A DNA stretch of 50,194 nucleotides, counting the filler, from Bipalium vagum (Eukaryota), in the NCBI GenBank assembly GCA_037834085.1. It is 2 parts of 2 records of this genome, joined end to end, with 100 filler letters (N's around TTAATTAATTAA, not from the genome) between each part and the next. Parts side by side here need not be neighbours in the genome. Positions count along the whole stretch, not along the records: positions 1 to 31,300 come from JBBMKC010254580.1; positions 31,401 to 50,194 come from JBBMKC010019268.1. One strand, 5' to 3'. A program made the translations under genes and the position numbers. This document shows, one piece after another, positions 26,348-39,318 of the stretch (its first letter is position 1; every line of letters begins with the position of its first letter). The notes under the pieces were generated by a model that was not told the DNA's origin, did no database searches, and was given only the letters and a program-made list of their open reading frames with translations.

Positions 26348-28370
26348 ATTGAAACGCGTGTTCAGTTGGAAGACATTTGTGGAAAAACTTGCTTTTATTC
26401 AAACATCTTTAATGATGATGATGAAATTATTAATTTCGCGAGATTTTTTTCTCTCTCTCTGCCTCGACATTGAATTTTTTGTGCTCTTGTACGCGCCCTG
26501 GGAGGGTTCTATATAACAGAGTTCACTTATTTTTTGAATGGTGTTAAATGTCACTTCTAATTTTGTTAAACTTGTGACGCGTAGGTAAATAAGTTTTAAC
26601 AGTTATGGCAGTTGACTATTCTCGCTAATTCGGACAATAGGCAGTAGCCGAACGATTTTTATATACTAAGATTCGTTTGTGCAATGTTATTTGTGAAAAT
26701 TTAATTGAGATAAATTAAAGTCAACTCTTGTCTTTCATTTTACGATTAATTGGGATAAAAAAATATTTAAAATTGATAATAAATCGGATTAAATTACTTA
26801 TCCCAATTGGTCCATATTTTTATGAAAAACACTTTATTTAAAAGTTTCATTTATTATTTGAAGATTTTAAAGCTATTTTTGTAAAAAGAAATTGGAAAGG
26901 GTGGACATTTCATTGTTTTCATGTATTTTTCGAAAATAAAATTTTATGAAAAATTGGCTCTAATGTTTGTTTATTTGAATCATTGTTATAATTTTAAGTA
27001 AATTTCCATATTTTAAATTTCTATTCATACGTAGTTATAAAAATGTGAAAGATAATTTTGGAAATATTTGGTCGTGATTTCTGGAATGGTTAGTAATCTA
27101 AGATTTTTAAAAATCAATTCTGGGGAGATTTAGGGAACCACTTTGTTAAATAAAAATTGATTTATAAATAATCATAAACAATTAAAATAAGTATTTGTAT
27201 AAACAATTCGAAGATTGAATGACTTATTTGGAGGTTTTTAATTTAAAAATCATTGTTATTTTTTAATGTTGTTTTTTATTTATAGATTAAGTAATTCTGT
27301 TATATTTTTATTTTGAGTAAACTTTTATTATTATTATTAGTAAAAATACAATTTTTATCTCTTAATATTTCAATGTTATTTAAATATAATACAGAATATT
27401 AAGTAACAGAAATTTCTCTATTTACTAACTTTAAAATCTATCCATAATTGATTTCGTTTATAAATATTTTTAATGAAATTTTGATTTTGTTTATTATTAA
27501 AATTCACAGATAATTATTTTTTTTATTGACATTATTTTTGATTTTTAAAAATTTTTTGTATACATATTTTTAATTTTAAATAATATACAAAAATCAAACA
27601 TTATTTAAGGGTCGAGGTGCATATCCTTTACTGCAGAATAAAATCTAGTATATAAAAAAAATTTTTTTTCGCAAGTTAAAGCAAAGGAAAATCGCTATTG
27701 GGCGAAATTAAATTAATGTGTTTATTGATTTGATTATTATATTATTCTTTAAAATTTTTAAATGAAGTACTTTTTAGTTGCATATATTAATATGAATACG
27801 ACCAATTTTTATTTTATGAGATAATTATCATTTCAGATTGAAATATAACTATAATACTATTTTTTTGGAAAAAACTTTGATTTTATTACATTAGTGATTA
27901 TTTTTTTAATATGAGAAATAAAATTCAAGTATTTTTAAATGTAATCTTTTTTAATTATTACACAATAGTTTGTTTATGTTTATAAATTGGGATTTAGGTA
28001 AATGCGAAAAGGAAGAATAATAGTAAATAATATTTTTCAAATCAAGGGATTATGAGATGTCACTTAAACTAATATAACATTCAATTATTGATTGGTTTTA
28101 TAAAGTATAGCAGTCATCTGTCGAAACCAGATTAATCCGGTTACTCGATAATTACAACTCATAAGGTCATAACCTCTCTTTTAATCTTGTCTATTATTAA
28201 TCCCATTTGATTTTCTCCATATTGTATTATGACATATCAGCTGTATAAAGATATACAATGCTTTCATAATACTAACAAATCCGTTATTTTTTGTGAATAA
28301 TTATTATTTCTCGAATTTTTATACGTCAATTAATTTATTTTTGTCGTTATTTTCAAAAAAATAATACTAT

Positions 28371-28480
28371 TAATAATTTAATTTAAAATAATAATAATTT
28401 AATTTGAAATAATAATAATTTAATTTAAAATAATAATAATTTAATTTAAAATAATAATAATTTAATTTAAAATAATAATT
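28371..28480. repeat. 21-bp AT-rich minisatellite, about 5 copies
   Basis: Unit ataataataatttaatttaaa repeated in tandem. Confidence 0.9.
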
Positions 28481-28717
28481 AATAATTATTTTAATTAATA
28501 ATTATAATAATTATTTTAATAACATTTTATAATAAAATTTTAATAATATAATAATTATATAACATTTTCAAGAATATCATTTTTGCCGAAGAAAAAGGAC
28601 CTCTTGTTAATGCTGGTGAGATCGTTTTATTTATTTATTTCTGTGTTTTTTCTGAAAACTTTCTTTCGTGATCATTTCTTTCATCTCTTTCATTATAGCA
28701 GTAGTTGTGTTTATTTA

Positions 28718-29193
28718 CCGGGTGTTCAAGTTAAAAGTTCATAAATAAAAGATTGTTCAAACTTCCTACAGGTAATGAATTCAAGAAAATTTTACATTTT
28801 CATAAAGATAAAAAATGCGGTTTTTTTAACTAAGTTGAATTACAAGATATGTTATATTTTATCAAAATAGTTACAAATATGATATGTACAATGTATGTAC
28901 AATGATATGTACAATCATTTTTTTTTTCGAAGTGACTACCTTCATTTTCTAAGCATGTTTCCAGCCTATGAGTGACATTTTTCACAACTTCTTGAAGGTT
29001 AATTTCTGTCACAATCTGTACAACTTGGATGATTCGTTTTTTCAGTATTTCACGATTATTTGGGCGATTGCCGCCTGGATAAACTTTTTTTTAAGAATAA
29101 CCATTATCAGAAATCCAGGTTTGTTAGATCAGGGTTTTGAGCAGGCCATTCGTAAGGAAATCCTCTTGAAATTATTTTTCCAGAACCGAAAGT
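28718..29193 (-). mobile_element. 3' fragment of the same rosa/DD41D-like family as 41658-43129
   Basis: TA plus ccgggtgttcaagttaaaagttcataaataaaag is the reverse complement of the 43096-43129 end. Encodes FGSGKIISRGFPYEWPAQNPDL and EVVKNVTHRLETCLENEGSHFE. Confidence 0.93.
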
Positions 29194-29199
29194 GAAAAT

Positions 29200-29516
29200 T
29201 AAATTTTGGCACAGATTTTTGGCTTGCTACAAATCCACCAGTCAAAGAATTTTTGAAATCCAGTGACATTAGGATTTTAGGTTGGCCAGCTAAACGTCCT
29301 AATCTGAAAATTGTAGAAGATATTTAGAAAAAAATTTCAGACCAGGTCTACGACGGTCCTCAATTTCAAAATTTCAATGAATTAATTACCAAACTGAAAC
29401 ATGTTGTAGACGACATTAATCAATCCCAACATACAAAAATTAAAATTTGGTTTAAATCTTACAGAAGGCGTTTATGTACAGTTTCATTAAAAAGAGGTTC
29501 CTCGTGGAACAAATAA
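29200..29516 (+). mobile_element. Tc1-like (DD34E) transposase C-terminal fragment
   Basis: EFLKSSDIRILGWPAKRPNLKIVEDI*KKISDQVYDGPQF, homologous to the 12093-12404 protein. Confidence 0.8.
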
Positions 29517-29799
29517 AATGTTCATGATAAATATTAAGTGTTTAAAAAATTATGATTTTTAAAAAATTTACATGTTTTCCCTTTTATTTTATTAACAGTA
29601 CATAACAAATATTGCACGGGGAAACATTATATTTGCAGCTTTTAAAACTACTTCTATCATGCAGACACAATTTGAAAAATTAAACAAAATAATACTTTTA
29701 TAATAATAAATTATGCTCTGTTGTAAAAATTATGACGAATAAAATATTTGCTATATAGATGAATATTTATTTTCTGGATAATTTAATATACGGATATAG

Positions 29800-30870
29800 A
29801 CAGACAAAAGTGTTCGGATTTTGGTTGGTTCTCCTTTTATGTTAACGAGTCCGTTTCTGATGAGTGGCGGAAGATAGTGGATTCTTTATTACAGAGAGAG
29901 TGATGAACGGGAGACCTAGTACCATGGTGGAAATACAGGAAAAAGTTCCGAGTGCTTATTGGATACTAGAGCCAGGTCAGCTTGATGAGTAGGAAAGTTA
30001 TGAGTAAGCTGAAAAATGTAGAAGTAGTGAAAAGTGACGATGCACAAACAATAGCCAACTGGAAATAGTGGGGGAATGCTCGGTTCTTGTGACAGTGGGA
30101 CAGTAATCGAAACTAGTGGACTTTACAGTAGTAGAGGAGGTCACACCTGATCTATTTGGCGGAATAAATCTCCAAATTGTTTTGGTTTTAGATTATTTAA
30201 AGGAAATCTCTCACAAAGCAATAAGGAAGAGAGTAAAAGAAGAAACACATATGTGCAACATTGCGGGGATGTTCGGTTCTGAAGTCAAGGAGGGAGAGCG
30301 TTTTAGACGGACAATAGAACTAACAAGAGTGGCAAGCAACGGGCGACTTGTGCAGATAATTAAAGAGAACGAGGATGTTTATATGTCAAACAAATGGGAT
30401 ATCGGCAAAACATCACATTCGGACAACAGGAGAACCGATCAACCTTAAGCCGTTTAGACAATCGATGAACTTGAAAGAAAAGGTTCAAGACATTATCAAG
30501 AACCTATACGATAATGGGATTATTAAAAATGCAAATGGAATACACCATTGATTTGTGTGTGGAAAAGAAGAAAAAAATCAGTTTATGTTTAGATTTTCGA
30601 CGGTTAAGCGCAGTAACAGAAAGACAGGCTTTCCTGATGCCGAATGTTGAAAAAATGTTAGACTCCTTGGGCGGGCAAAATATTTTAGTTTAATTGATCT
30701 AGATAATGCTTACTATCAGGTGGAACTGGAAGAGGCGTCAAAGATTAAGATTGCTTTATTTACCAAGGAAAGACAATATTGCTTCAATAGGATACCCTCT
30801 GGAATAGCTGCAGCCCCTGGGACCTTTCAGGGGATAATTTCAAAGGTCGTCGGAAAAATAAAAGAAGCAA
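29800..30870 (+). mobile_element. Ty3/gypsy LTR-retrotransposon pol fragment (protease and N-terminal RT), pseudogenised
   Basis: Protease LLDTRA (from LxDTGA). RT motifs LCLDFRRLSAVTERQAFLMPNVEKML and IDLDNAYYQVELEEASKIKIALFTKERQYCFNRIPSGIAAAPGTFQ. Truncated before YxDD. Confidence 0.93.
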
Positions 30871-31300
30871 GGGCACAATCCCGTGCAAAAGTATTAAAAG
30901 AGATGATTTTTAACCATAAAATGCATTAAAAACAAAATTTTACATGATTAGATATGGTAAATGTTCTTGAAATACAATATTTCCATTAAATATGATGAGT
31001 TACAGATACTACAAAGTTTTAATTAATTTATTAATTTTTATAATAAATGAGCTATATTATGACAATATTGCACATGTTAAAATTATCACTTTAAATTCAT
31101 GATATTATTTATTTCTGTAATAAAGTATATTTATTTTTGTTTTTTCGTTGCTTTCAGTTTGTATTATTTAAAAAATCTGCCAATAAAAGCTAAGTAATAT
31201 TTTTCAATAGGTAAAACATGTAAGTGTTTTGGTTCGACGCTTACTGCGAGATCTAATCTCGAAAATATAAAAATGCTAACTCTATTAATATAGGTTAGAA

Positions 31301-31400
31301 NNNNNNNNNNNNNNNNNNNNNNNNNNNNNNNNNNNNNNNNNNNNTTAATTAATTAANNNNNNNNNNNNNNNNNNNNNNNNNNNNNNNNNNNNNNNNNNNN
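31301..31400. other. Artificial assembly spacer (44 N + TTAATTAATTAA + 44 N)
   Basis: Exactly 100 bp, symmetric, with a palindromic six-frame stop cassette in the middle. Confidence 0.97.
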
Positions 31401-31994
31401 ATAATTATTAGTACCAAAATTAATGAATTACATGCATTTCTTTAAGTGCGCTTAAACGAATGTTTACTAGTGTATATTATTTTATATTTTTTCCTTTTTA
31501 TAATGATCAAATTTAATAGGAATAAATTTAAAATTTCTTTTTTCAAATAAAATTAATTATTCATACATTATTTTTGATATTAAGCTTAATTTTTTAAAAT
31601 TTGTTTTATTGTATTCAAACAGTGTGTTCTGTTTTTTATTCCATCAACTTTGGAACAAGAATAAAATAACATTTCCGTAAATCGAAATTGAAAAACATTT
31701 TATTTTTATCAACCTGAATACTGAATCAGTATTTAAAACTGTTTCTGATAATAACTTTTTTAAAAAAAACAATAAAGAATTTCTCAACTTTATGTATTTT
31801 ATTTTATTTATTATTGGGATAAAGGGAAATTTTATGGAATCTGGTACAATCAGTGATATCTTCGTTTTATAAATGAGATCACCATACAATTCGATATTGA
31901 ACTGATATAAATCTTTTGAGTAAATCTACATTAATGAATTTTTTAAAAATAGGTCAACATTTAAATAGAAGTTATAAATAAAATGTAAAACTTT

Positions 31995-32330
31995 CAGATG
32001 AAAATTATCGTTTGATGATATACTGTAATTTTAAATTTAACTGTACACCACCTAAGCAATGTCTAGGTCGACTTCATTTTGCCTTTCGGAATGAAGCAAA
32101 TTTCCAAATGTTTCGCGGACTCCAGAGTAAACGCACAAGTTTTGAGGAGTAATTTATTGGCTGACATGATTGAAGGAGATCGATTTATCACATACCGTGA
32201 AATTGATGTATCATTGATATTAGCATGAAAACAATTGAAACCATTTTTCACGACCACAAAAAGGTTCGGAAGCTTTGTCATAGTTGGATTCAACACAATT
32301 TGAAATCTTCTGAAAAAGAAGCGGGATTTA
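31995..32330 (+). mobile_element. Mariner N-terminal fragment
   Basis: MIEGDRFITYREIDVSL..ISMKTIETIFHDH..KVRKLCHSWIQHNL is the second HTH plus the WVPHxL linker. Confidence 0.8.
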
Positions 32331-32776
32331 AATACAAAAGGTCTTATTTGGCTCCTGAAAATTTTCCGAATAATTTTAATTTTATAAGGAATCTATACTT
32401 AAGACTTAGATTGTTAGTCTTCCGTTGTGAGAATTGAACGTCTAATGCTATGCTTGACTGAATCGATCATTTTTTTGAGGAATTCCATGTAAAGTTTTTA
32501 TGGTTGTTCAGCTCGTCTGAATGAACTTTGATCGGAACTTGTTGAAAGCAGGCTTGAAATCAGTTACGCAAAGTGAGACTACTTTTCCTGTACAATGTAG
32601 GAAAAATAATATTCATAAAACCAAATAAGTTTTCTAAATATCGAATTTCAAAGTAAATAAAAACCTTTTCTTAGGATACCTATTTATGTTCATTAAAAAA
32701 CTGAATCAATTAACATATTCATTAAATAGAATAGAATTTTTCTTTTAAGCAAAATGGAGAGCTGGCAGTTATATCT

Positions 32777-32810
32777 GGAGTGTAGTTGGAGTATAGTTGG
32801 AGTATAGTTG
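32777..32810. repeat. 11-bp tandem repeat x3 (tggagtatagt)
   Basis: tggagtgtagt tggagtatagt tggagtatagt. Confidence 0.8.
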
Positions 32811-33999
32811 ATGTTTGATTAATTGAGATCACTTTGAAGTCAACAGAATTCAAAGCAGTCCTTCTAATAATCCTAATTGGAAAAATTTCAAGAGCTAATC
32901 TGTTTGATTAGCTCATGTTAGGGGTTTATCTTGAATTATAAACTTCGTGTCACAGACATCTTTAACAAATTAAGATTTTAAAAGAAATTCCTACAAAAAA
33001 TTTAACTCTCATTTGTTCTTAAAGTTCATATGCAAGATCATAAGATGAATTTGAACCCTCATGGTATGTTCAATAAAGTTTTTTTTGGTGCATGAACAAA
33101 CTATTTTTTATTCTTCTGAATGGATTGAGACTTCAAAACAAATCTTTATTGACGTATACTGTAATAATTATGAATTAATTATAATTATAATTAATTGTCA
33201 AAATTTACCAATCATAAGCTTTCAACTGTTTGTATTTTCATAGGTTACGAGTTTCCCTTAGAAATTAATTTATTTTTCATATTAATTTTCTCTCGACCTA
33301 TACATTGCAAGAGATTTCCCTATTTTCCACCCACATATTCTATCTATTTTTATTAACATAATTTCCCCATTTAAACTATTCTGAATCACGACAAATTTAC
33401 ATTTTACTGATCTTCTCTCTATGAGGTTTTATCCAGTGTGTTTTATCATTGTTTTTTGTTTCCTTATATTACATATCTAAACATTATGTTACATGTTTTC
33501 TATTTAGATGGATTATTATAATATTATATTATATACTACATTATGATATATAATATTATAATGTAGTTCGTTAGATTGGCAATAAAATGTTGGGGAATGT
33601 CTTAATGAATTATCCTTTTTATTTTAAACATTCTATTATAGCTATTGGATATACAATTGGCCAGAAATGATGAAGAACTTGAATTTCTAAGTCATTTTTC
33701 TGTATGTAAAATTATAATTTGTATATTTTTCACCTAATATTTTTTCTTCAAAATATAAGGTCCCAATTTTCCTTCTCATTTCTTTTGATTTTATCTAAAT
33801 TTTTTTTACATCAGAGATAGAAATGTTTATTTTCTTAAACATTCTGGGTTCACCCAAAGGCAATCACAAAGAGAATTAAGAAAAGGGAAGGGTTAAGAGG
33901 AATGATAATAATATTTTTAAAAACGGAATAATAAAAATAGATAATACCAATAATATTTTTTCCTTTTTTTTCAAGTATGTTGAATTTATGCAATGAATT

Positions 34000-34089
34000 G
34001 CTCAATCAACTGACCCTGTGGATTTCGGTCGTCTTTAAATGCGTCTAACCGACGATCCAAGGGTTGGTTGAAATCGCTTTTGGGCTCAT
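34000..34089 (+). ncRNA. Candidate pre-miRNA hairpin with a miR-10-family-like 5p arm
   Basis: 34006-34029 pairs with 34048-34071 (23 pairs including 3 G-U, two 1-nt bulges) around an 18-nt loop. A basal stem gctcaa/ttgggc extends it. The 5p arm gACCCTGTggatttcggtcgt carries the ACCCUGU seed. Confidence 0.55.
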
Positions 34090-35811
34090 CTAATTATTAT
34101 TTCTTTTTGCAAGTTTCTTTTCAATAATTAGTTTCATTATTTATTGACACAGTTTTATTCATTCCATTATTGATTTAATGGTATAGTTAGTTAATAAAAT
34201 TATTTGAAATTCGATTATCGATTTATTTACCTTTTTTGAATGTTGACAGTGGTTGCTAGTAATTGGTGATCTATTGGTGATTTTATGACATTGTATTATC
34301 TTTGTGTTAATTTAGTTTTATTGTCAAACTGATTATTATTTTTATTTCATTACCATCAACCATTAGTGAGAGGAAAAATAGCGACTAGATTTTGAATTCC
34401 TACTACTCGTTATAAGTTGTAACAAATAAGGAATTTTTGTTTTCATATTTTTTATTGTTGAAACTGATTTTCTTATTAAAGTTATTTTCTGTTTTCTAAA
34501 ATCATTCTAATCCTAACTTACGAATATTTAATTAATGGTTTATCATTGGTTTGCCTTTTAATTTCTGTTTTATTTATTTGATCAATTTTCTCCATTGGCT
34601 GTTTCAAAAATGAAGTTTCTTTTCCATTGAAAGCATCTGAAAGTCTTTGCCAAATCTTCCATCATTTTATAATAATATTTTCTTAAGTAAAATCCTAGGA
34701 TTACATTACTAGAAATGGTTTCACTGTCAAAAATATCTATGTTATTAATGATTTCAAATAACAATTTCCTTTTTATTTACGGATAATAAATAATTTATAT
34801 TTTTAAAATATTTTAATATTAAATGTTAGAGTGTAACATAATTTTCAATAATTTTTCGTTTTACACCATAAGAATTTTAAAACTTAAATGATTATCATGC
34901 ATAAATATTATTTAAATTAATAAATAAATAATTTTAAATTTAAGTTATTAAAACAAAAATAACGTCAATTAATAAATTATTAGTACATGTTACAGGAGGT
35001 GAACAATCTTTTGGTATTAAAAAAATAGTTTTTAAATTGTTTCATCAACAATTTGTGTTGATAACACAATACCAAGTAGAATGAAGACAATATTTCTAAC
35101 ATTTTAACTCCTTTCTGTTCAGTAGACCATAACTTCAATGAATCACTGTTTTCTCCTTTTAAACCAAGCGGAAAAATTTAAAAATAAGGAATTGAAAATC
35201 GTATGGTGCGATAATTTATGTTTTTGAAAATCCAGAGCAATTATGAACTAAGCAAAACCTCTTGATATTCATACTAGATATGCATATTTATGCATATAAA
35301 AAAAAATTTATTTTTTCGCAGAAAATATTTATAATAAAATATTGATTCCAATTTTAATAAATACTGAAAAATCTTTAAAACAAGGAATGTTGCAGAATTT
35401 TAAGACATTAATGTATTTTGTTTCAATTATAGATCTCGAACACATCAATAAAACACGATCACATATTTAAATCCAAATTTGCTACTGAGTTTTATGAGAC
35501 TGTCTGTAATGGTTAATATTCACATAACTTTCTTGGACTTCTTTTCGTAACAAAATAATTTAGTTATTTTTAAAATATTTTTTGCAATTTTATTTTTATG
35601 GAAAATAATATAAATAATTAATTTATAAATGTCATTTTTTTATAATAGGTCTTTTATAATTTGTTTATTAATTGTATTATTCTTAGTCCTGTAATTAGTA
35701 TTAGTATTACTGTAATAAAACATGACCTTTTGGTGACCCGTTTTAATACTTCAACTTTGTTCTGAGTTACAAAAAATAGAATAAACAGGATGAAAGATAT
35801 TGACTTTTTTC

Positions 35812-35844
<33 letters not shown>

Positions 35845-37216
35845 GTGTGAATTAAGACCGTTTATGTGACGCTTCAAATATGTAATTATTTATTTTATTT
35901 TACATAATAAAGTCTTTTGATCTAAATTAAAGGAGCTTAGACTTATAAAAGTAAAATTATATATAATCAGAATACATATTTAATCGAAGATCAAGGTCAA
36001 CTGTTATGTTCTATATCAATAACCGTGGAACTGATAAATGAACTACAGACATTACAATAGATTCTCAGAAGAAGAAAAAGAATCATTTTCTTGAAGAAAT
36101 GGATCTTTGATTTGGTGACCTTTTTTATTAGTTTTTACTACTGAGATTCTTTTCTACTTGAAAATATGAAAATTTAAAAATTAGAGATGACAGTATATAT
36201 ATTTTAATTTTGTGTTTTAAATTTTTATAAAAATAAGGTTGAAAATTGTGCAATAATTTCTGTGTGAAAAATGTATTTAAAAAAAAAAGAAAAACAGGAA
36301 AATCTTTTTTTAATGCAGTAATGAGACTAGTACGGGTATTATTTATAACATAATTATAAAAGAATAAGGAAAAATAAAAATCCACAATAATACTGATAAT
36401 AAATATGAAATCTTTAAAAAAAATACTTAAAAAATTAAAAAGAAAAAGGGAATATTTAATCTTCAATAACAAATTATACTAAAAATGTTTCAACAGAAAA
36501 ATATTCTGAGGAAATACTTTTAAAATTTTTCAATATTGATAGAAAAACTAAAAAATAAAAATAATTTAATGAAACAGTCGTTTCGTCAATTGAATATAAT
36601 ATAATATAATATTGGAATATAATATAATATAATATAAAATATTTTCCAAAAGATTTAAGGGAAAAATATGTCTCGTAAAAATGACACTGATTTAAATAAA
36701 GATCATTATGGAACCACAAATAATATAATATGAGAAGATTTTATGAAAATGATTTTCAATAAACATGTGTCGATTTCAAACTTGAAAATGATATATAAAT
36801 ATTAATGATTACAAATATCATAATTTGTGATATTTTTAAAATTTATTATTTAAATAAATATTTAATTTTGTCGCTTTTTGTTAAACAAGAATTGGTCTGA
36901 ATAATTCCCTAACAATTCAATTGTGTTAAGCTCTTTTTCTTATGTAACCAAAGTTTTTATCAGAAAATTAAAGTTAGGCTAAAGCAAATTGGGTCTCAGT
37001 TTGAATTCTCTTTGACAAATCTTGTCTCATAAATTTATCCTCTTATTTCAAATTTATTCTCATAAATTACTTACTATAATGAAGAGTTAGATCTAATGGA
37101 AATAAGTAATAATCATTTTTGTGACTTTAATGGATTATAGGAAATATATGTATATATAAATGAAGAACTGTGTGATTCACAAAGCATCCAAAATCATTCA
37201 GGTGTGAAGAGTACTA

Positions 37217-37320
37217 CAGTGGAACCTCTATGTAACGACAGTTTGGTCCAGTCCGGTAAAAATTTATGAAGAGGTTACGCCGTTCCGGATGGGTGACGTT
37301 ACAAAGAAGTTTACCTATAT
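37217..37320 (+). mobile_element. pogo/Tigger-type terminal fragment
   Basis: TA plus cagtggaacctcta, a typical pogo-like terminus, with a subterminal inverted gtaacg...cgttac. No partner TIR found. Confidence 0.45.
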
Positions 37321-38145
37321 TTCCATATGATAACATTGAGCTTTGAAAACAAAGATACTGAAGAGTTGTTTGTAATGAGTAATTCAATAAATTACGATTC
37401 ATTAAGTAGTAAGCATTTGAGGCATTCAAGTTTTACATTTATAGGTAGAAATTGTAATGAATGATAGATGAAATGACGGGATACTGATTTTAACACTGAA
37501 TCTGGAGTTTTATTTTACAGAATCCGAACTTAAATTAGTGTTTTTTTACGACTATCATAAAATTGTCTTTGTTATTTTTATTATTAATATATTAATATAT
37601 ATTCATGTGGTTATTCCTCTACATTATACAAAATTTAAGAGATTATTTCTCGGAAAGGATTCAACTTTCAACGAAATAAAATTAAAGATTTCGGTATTTC
37701 TAAAAACCTTGTTTTGATAAACGATTTTTGATCAATTTAAGACGGGGTTTTATTTTAACTTTTATATTTTAATTTTTTTCTTAATTTTAATTTTTTCCAT
37801 CCTTGCATGGAAAATAAATTTGAAGAAGAATCAATTTTTTTCCAAATATTCATTAGTTTTGTTGTTGTTGTTGATATTTTAGGTCCAGTAAGTGATAGTT
37901 GAAAATAATTAAAAAATATTTCACCTCTGGGAAAAGAATATTTCATGCATCTGAGGAGAGAATTTAGTTATAAAAATCCTTTTCCAATAAATTTCAATAT
38001 TTTTGTAAACTTTTAGAAACAACGGATAATATTGTGTTCTAATCTTAAAAGTTTTAAAAATGCAGAGTATTTACATTTTAGATCATATTAGAAAATTCTA
38101 TGTTCATTGTTAACAGTTATCCAGTTTGGTTTTGAGTTATAAGGA

Positions 38146-39318
38146 CGTGGTGTGGATTAAAAGTCTAGACTTGTACAGAAATAAACTTAAGAAGTCAATG
38201 GAATTTTCTACATAAAAAAATTGACGTGTATAAACAAAATTATTGAATTTGTTTTAAATAATAAAAATTTAATGACATTATTTTCGAAGCTTTCTTTAAA
38301 AATATACTAGTAAATTGAATTTCACATTGTAATTCATGTTTTGCTTCTGAAGACAGAAAGGAAGAACATTATTTGTCAACTACAAGAAGCACGTTCTGGT
38401 TGGAAAAATATATTTGATGAAGAAAAATACTACCATATGAAAATGGCCAGGAGAAAATCGACAAATTGTTGTGAAAGAAAAGAGACGGGTTATCCAAAGA
38501 GAGCTGTCCACTAGAGTTAATTAAGGCAAGAAGATTGTACTTACCATTCTGAAGAGCATTGGAATCAGAAAATTATTTATTCAAATTGTCCCACGTTTTT
38601 GACAGTAGATCTGTGAGAAAAATCAAATGAAAGAGTGACAAGAACATCTGGTATTATTCCATGCTCTTGGACAGAAAATTTTGAAGAATATTATAACTGA
38701 GGATGAGACGTCTTTAATATTGTATTTTTCTTACAGCAAACGTGAGTATTGTAAATTGATTTGTCCAGAGGACAAGTCACAAGGATATATTATCGTTCAA
38801 AGGACAATATTATCGAAAATGTCTCTTGTTTAATTTGTGTTTGATTACAAAAGGTATTATCAAGACTTCACTTCACTTCGGAAATCATCGATTCGAATTT
38901 TTGCTGCACAATTGTTAGTGCTGTGAAAAAGATAGACCGACATCCAAAGAATCAAGGCCTGTATCATTTGTGTAACAACGCTCCAGTTCACAAAGCTTAC
39001 CGAACTAATGATATAATTGCTGGAATGGGCTTTTTGATACTTTTACATATACCGAATAAACCTGAATTGGCTTCTAGTGATTTCATCTTGTTTAATCACT
39101 TAAAAAGCATTTACGACCACAGAAAATAGAGTCAAAATAGGATCTCATAAGAACAGTGCAAACCTTGTTCAATGAAAAGACTGTATCTGCGAAAATGTTT
39201 TCCTTTAATTAGTTAATCGATGAAAGCAGAAGTTGTTTATATAGAAAAATAATTGTGTTTTCCTTTGTAGTTCATTCATATTTCTGTACAAGTCCAGCGA
39301 TCTTTTATCAACACCTTT
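38146..39318 (+). mobile_element. Degenerate mariner (DD34D)
   Basis: TIR cores gacttgtacagaaata and tatttctgtacaagtc. Motifs LKNIITEDET and NNAPVH...HIPNKPELASSDF, with a spacing of 34. Confidence 0.88.

Noticed and set aside
26460-26595. U1 snRNA or spliced-leader RNA (minus strand has ttacct and cccagggcg; plus strand has an Sm-like attttttg)
   Set aside because: Spacing is about twice that of U1, the AUUGCAC loop is missing, and there is no recognisable leader sequence.
28371-28480. CRISPR-like repeat array
   Set aside because: Contiguous AT-only tandem repeats with no spacers, in a eukaryotic context.
31345-31356. Biological palindrome TTAATTAATTAA
   Set aside because: Centred in N-runs, so it is an assembly linker.
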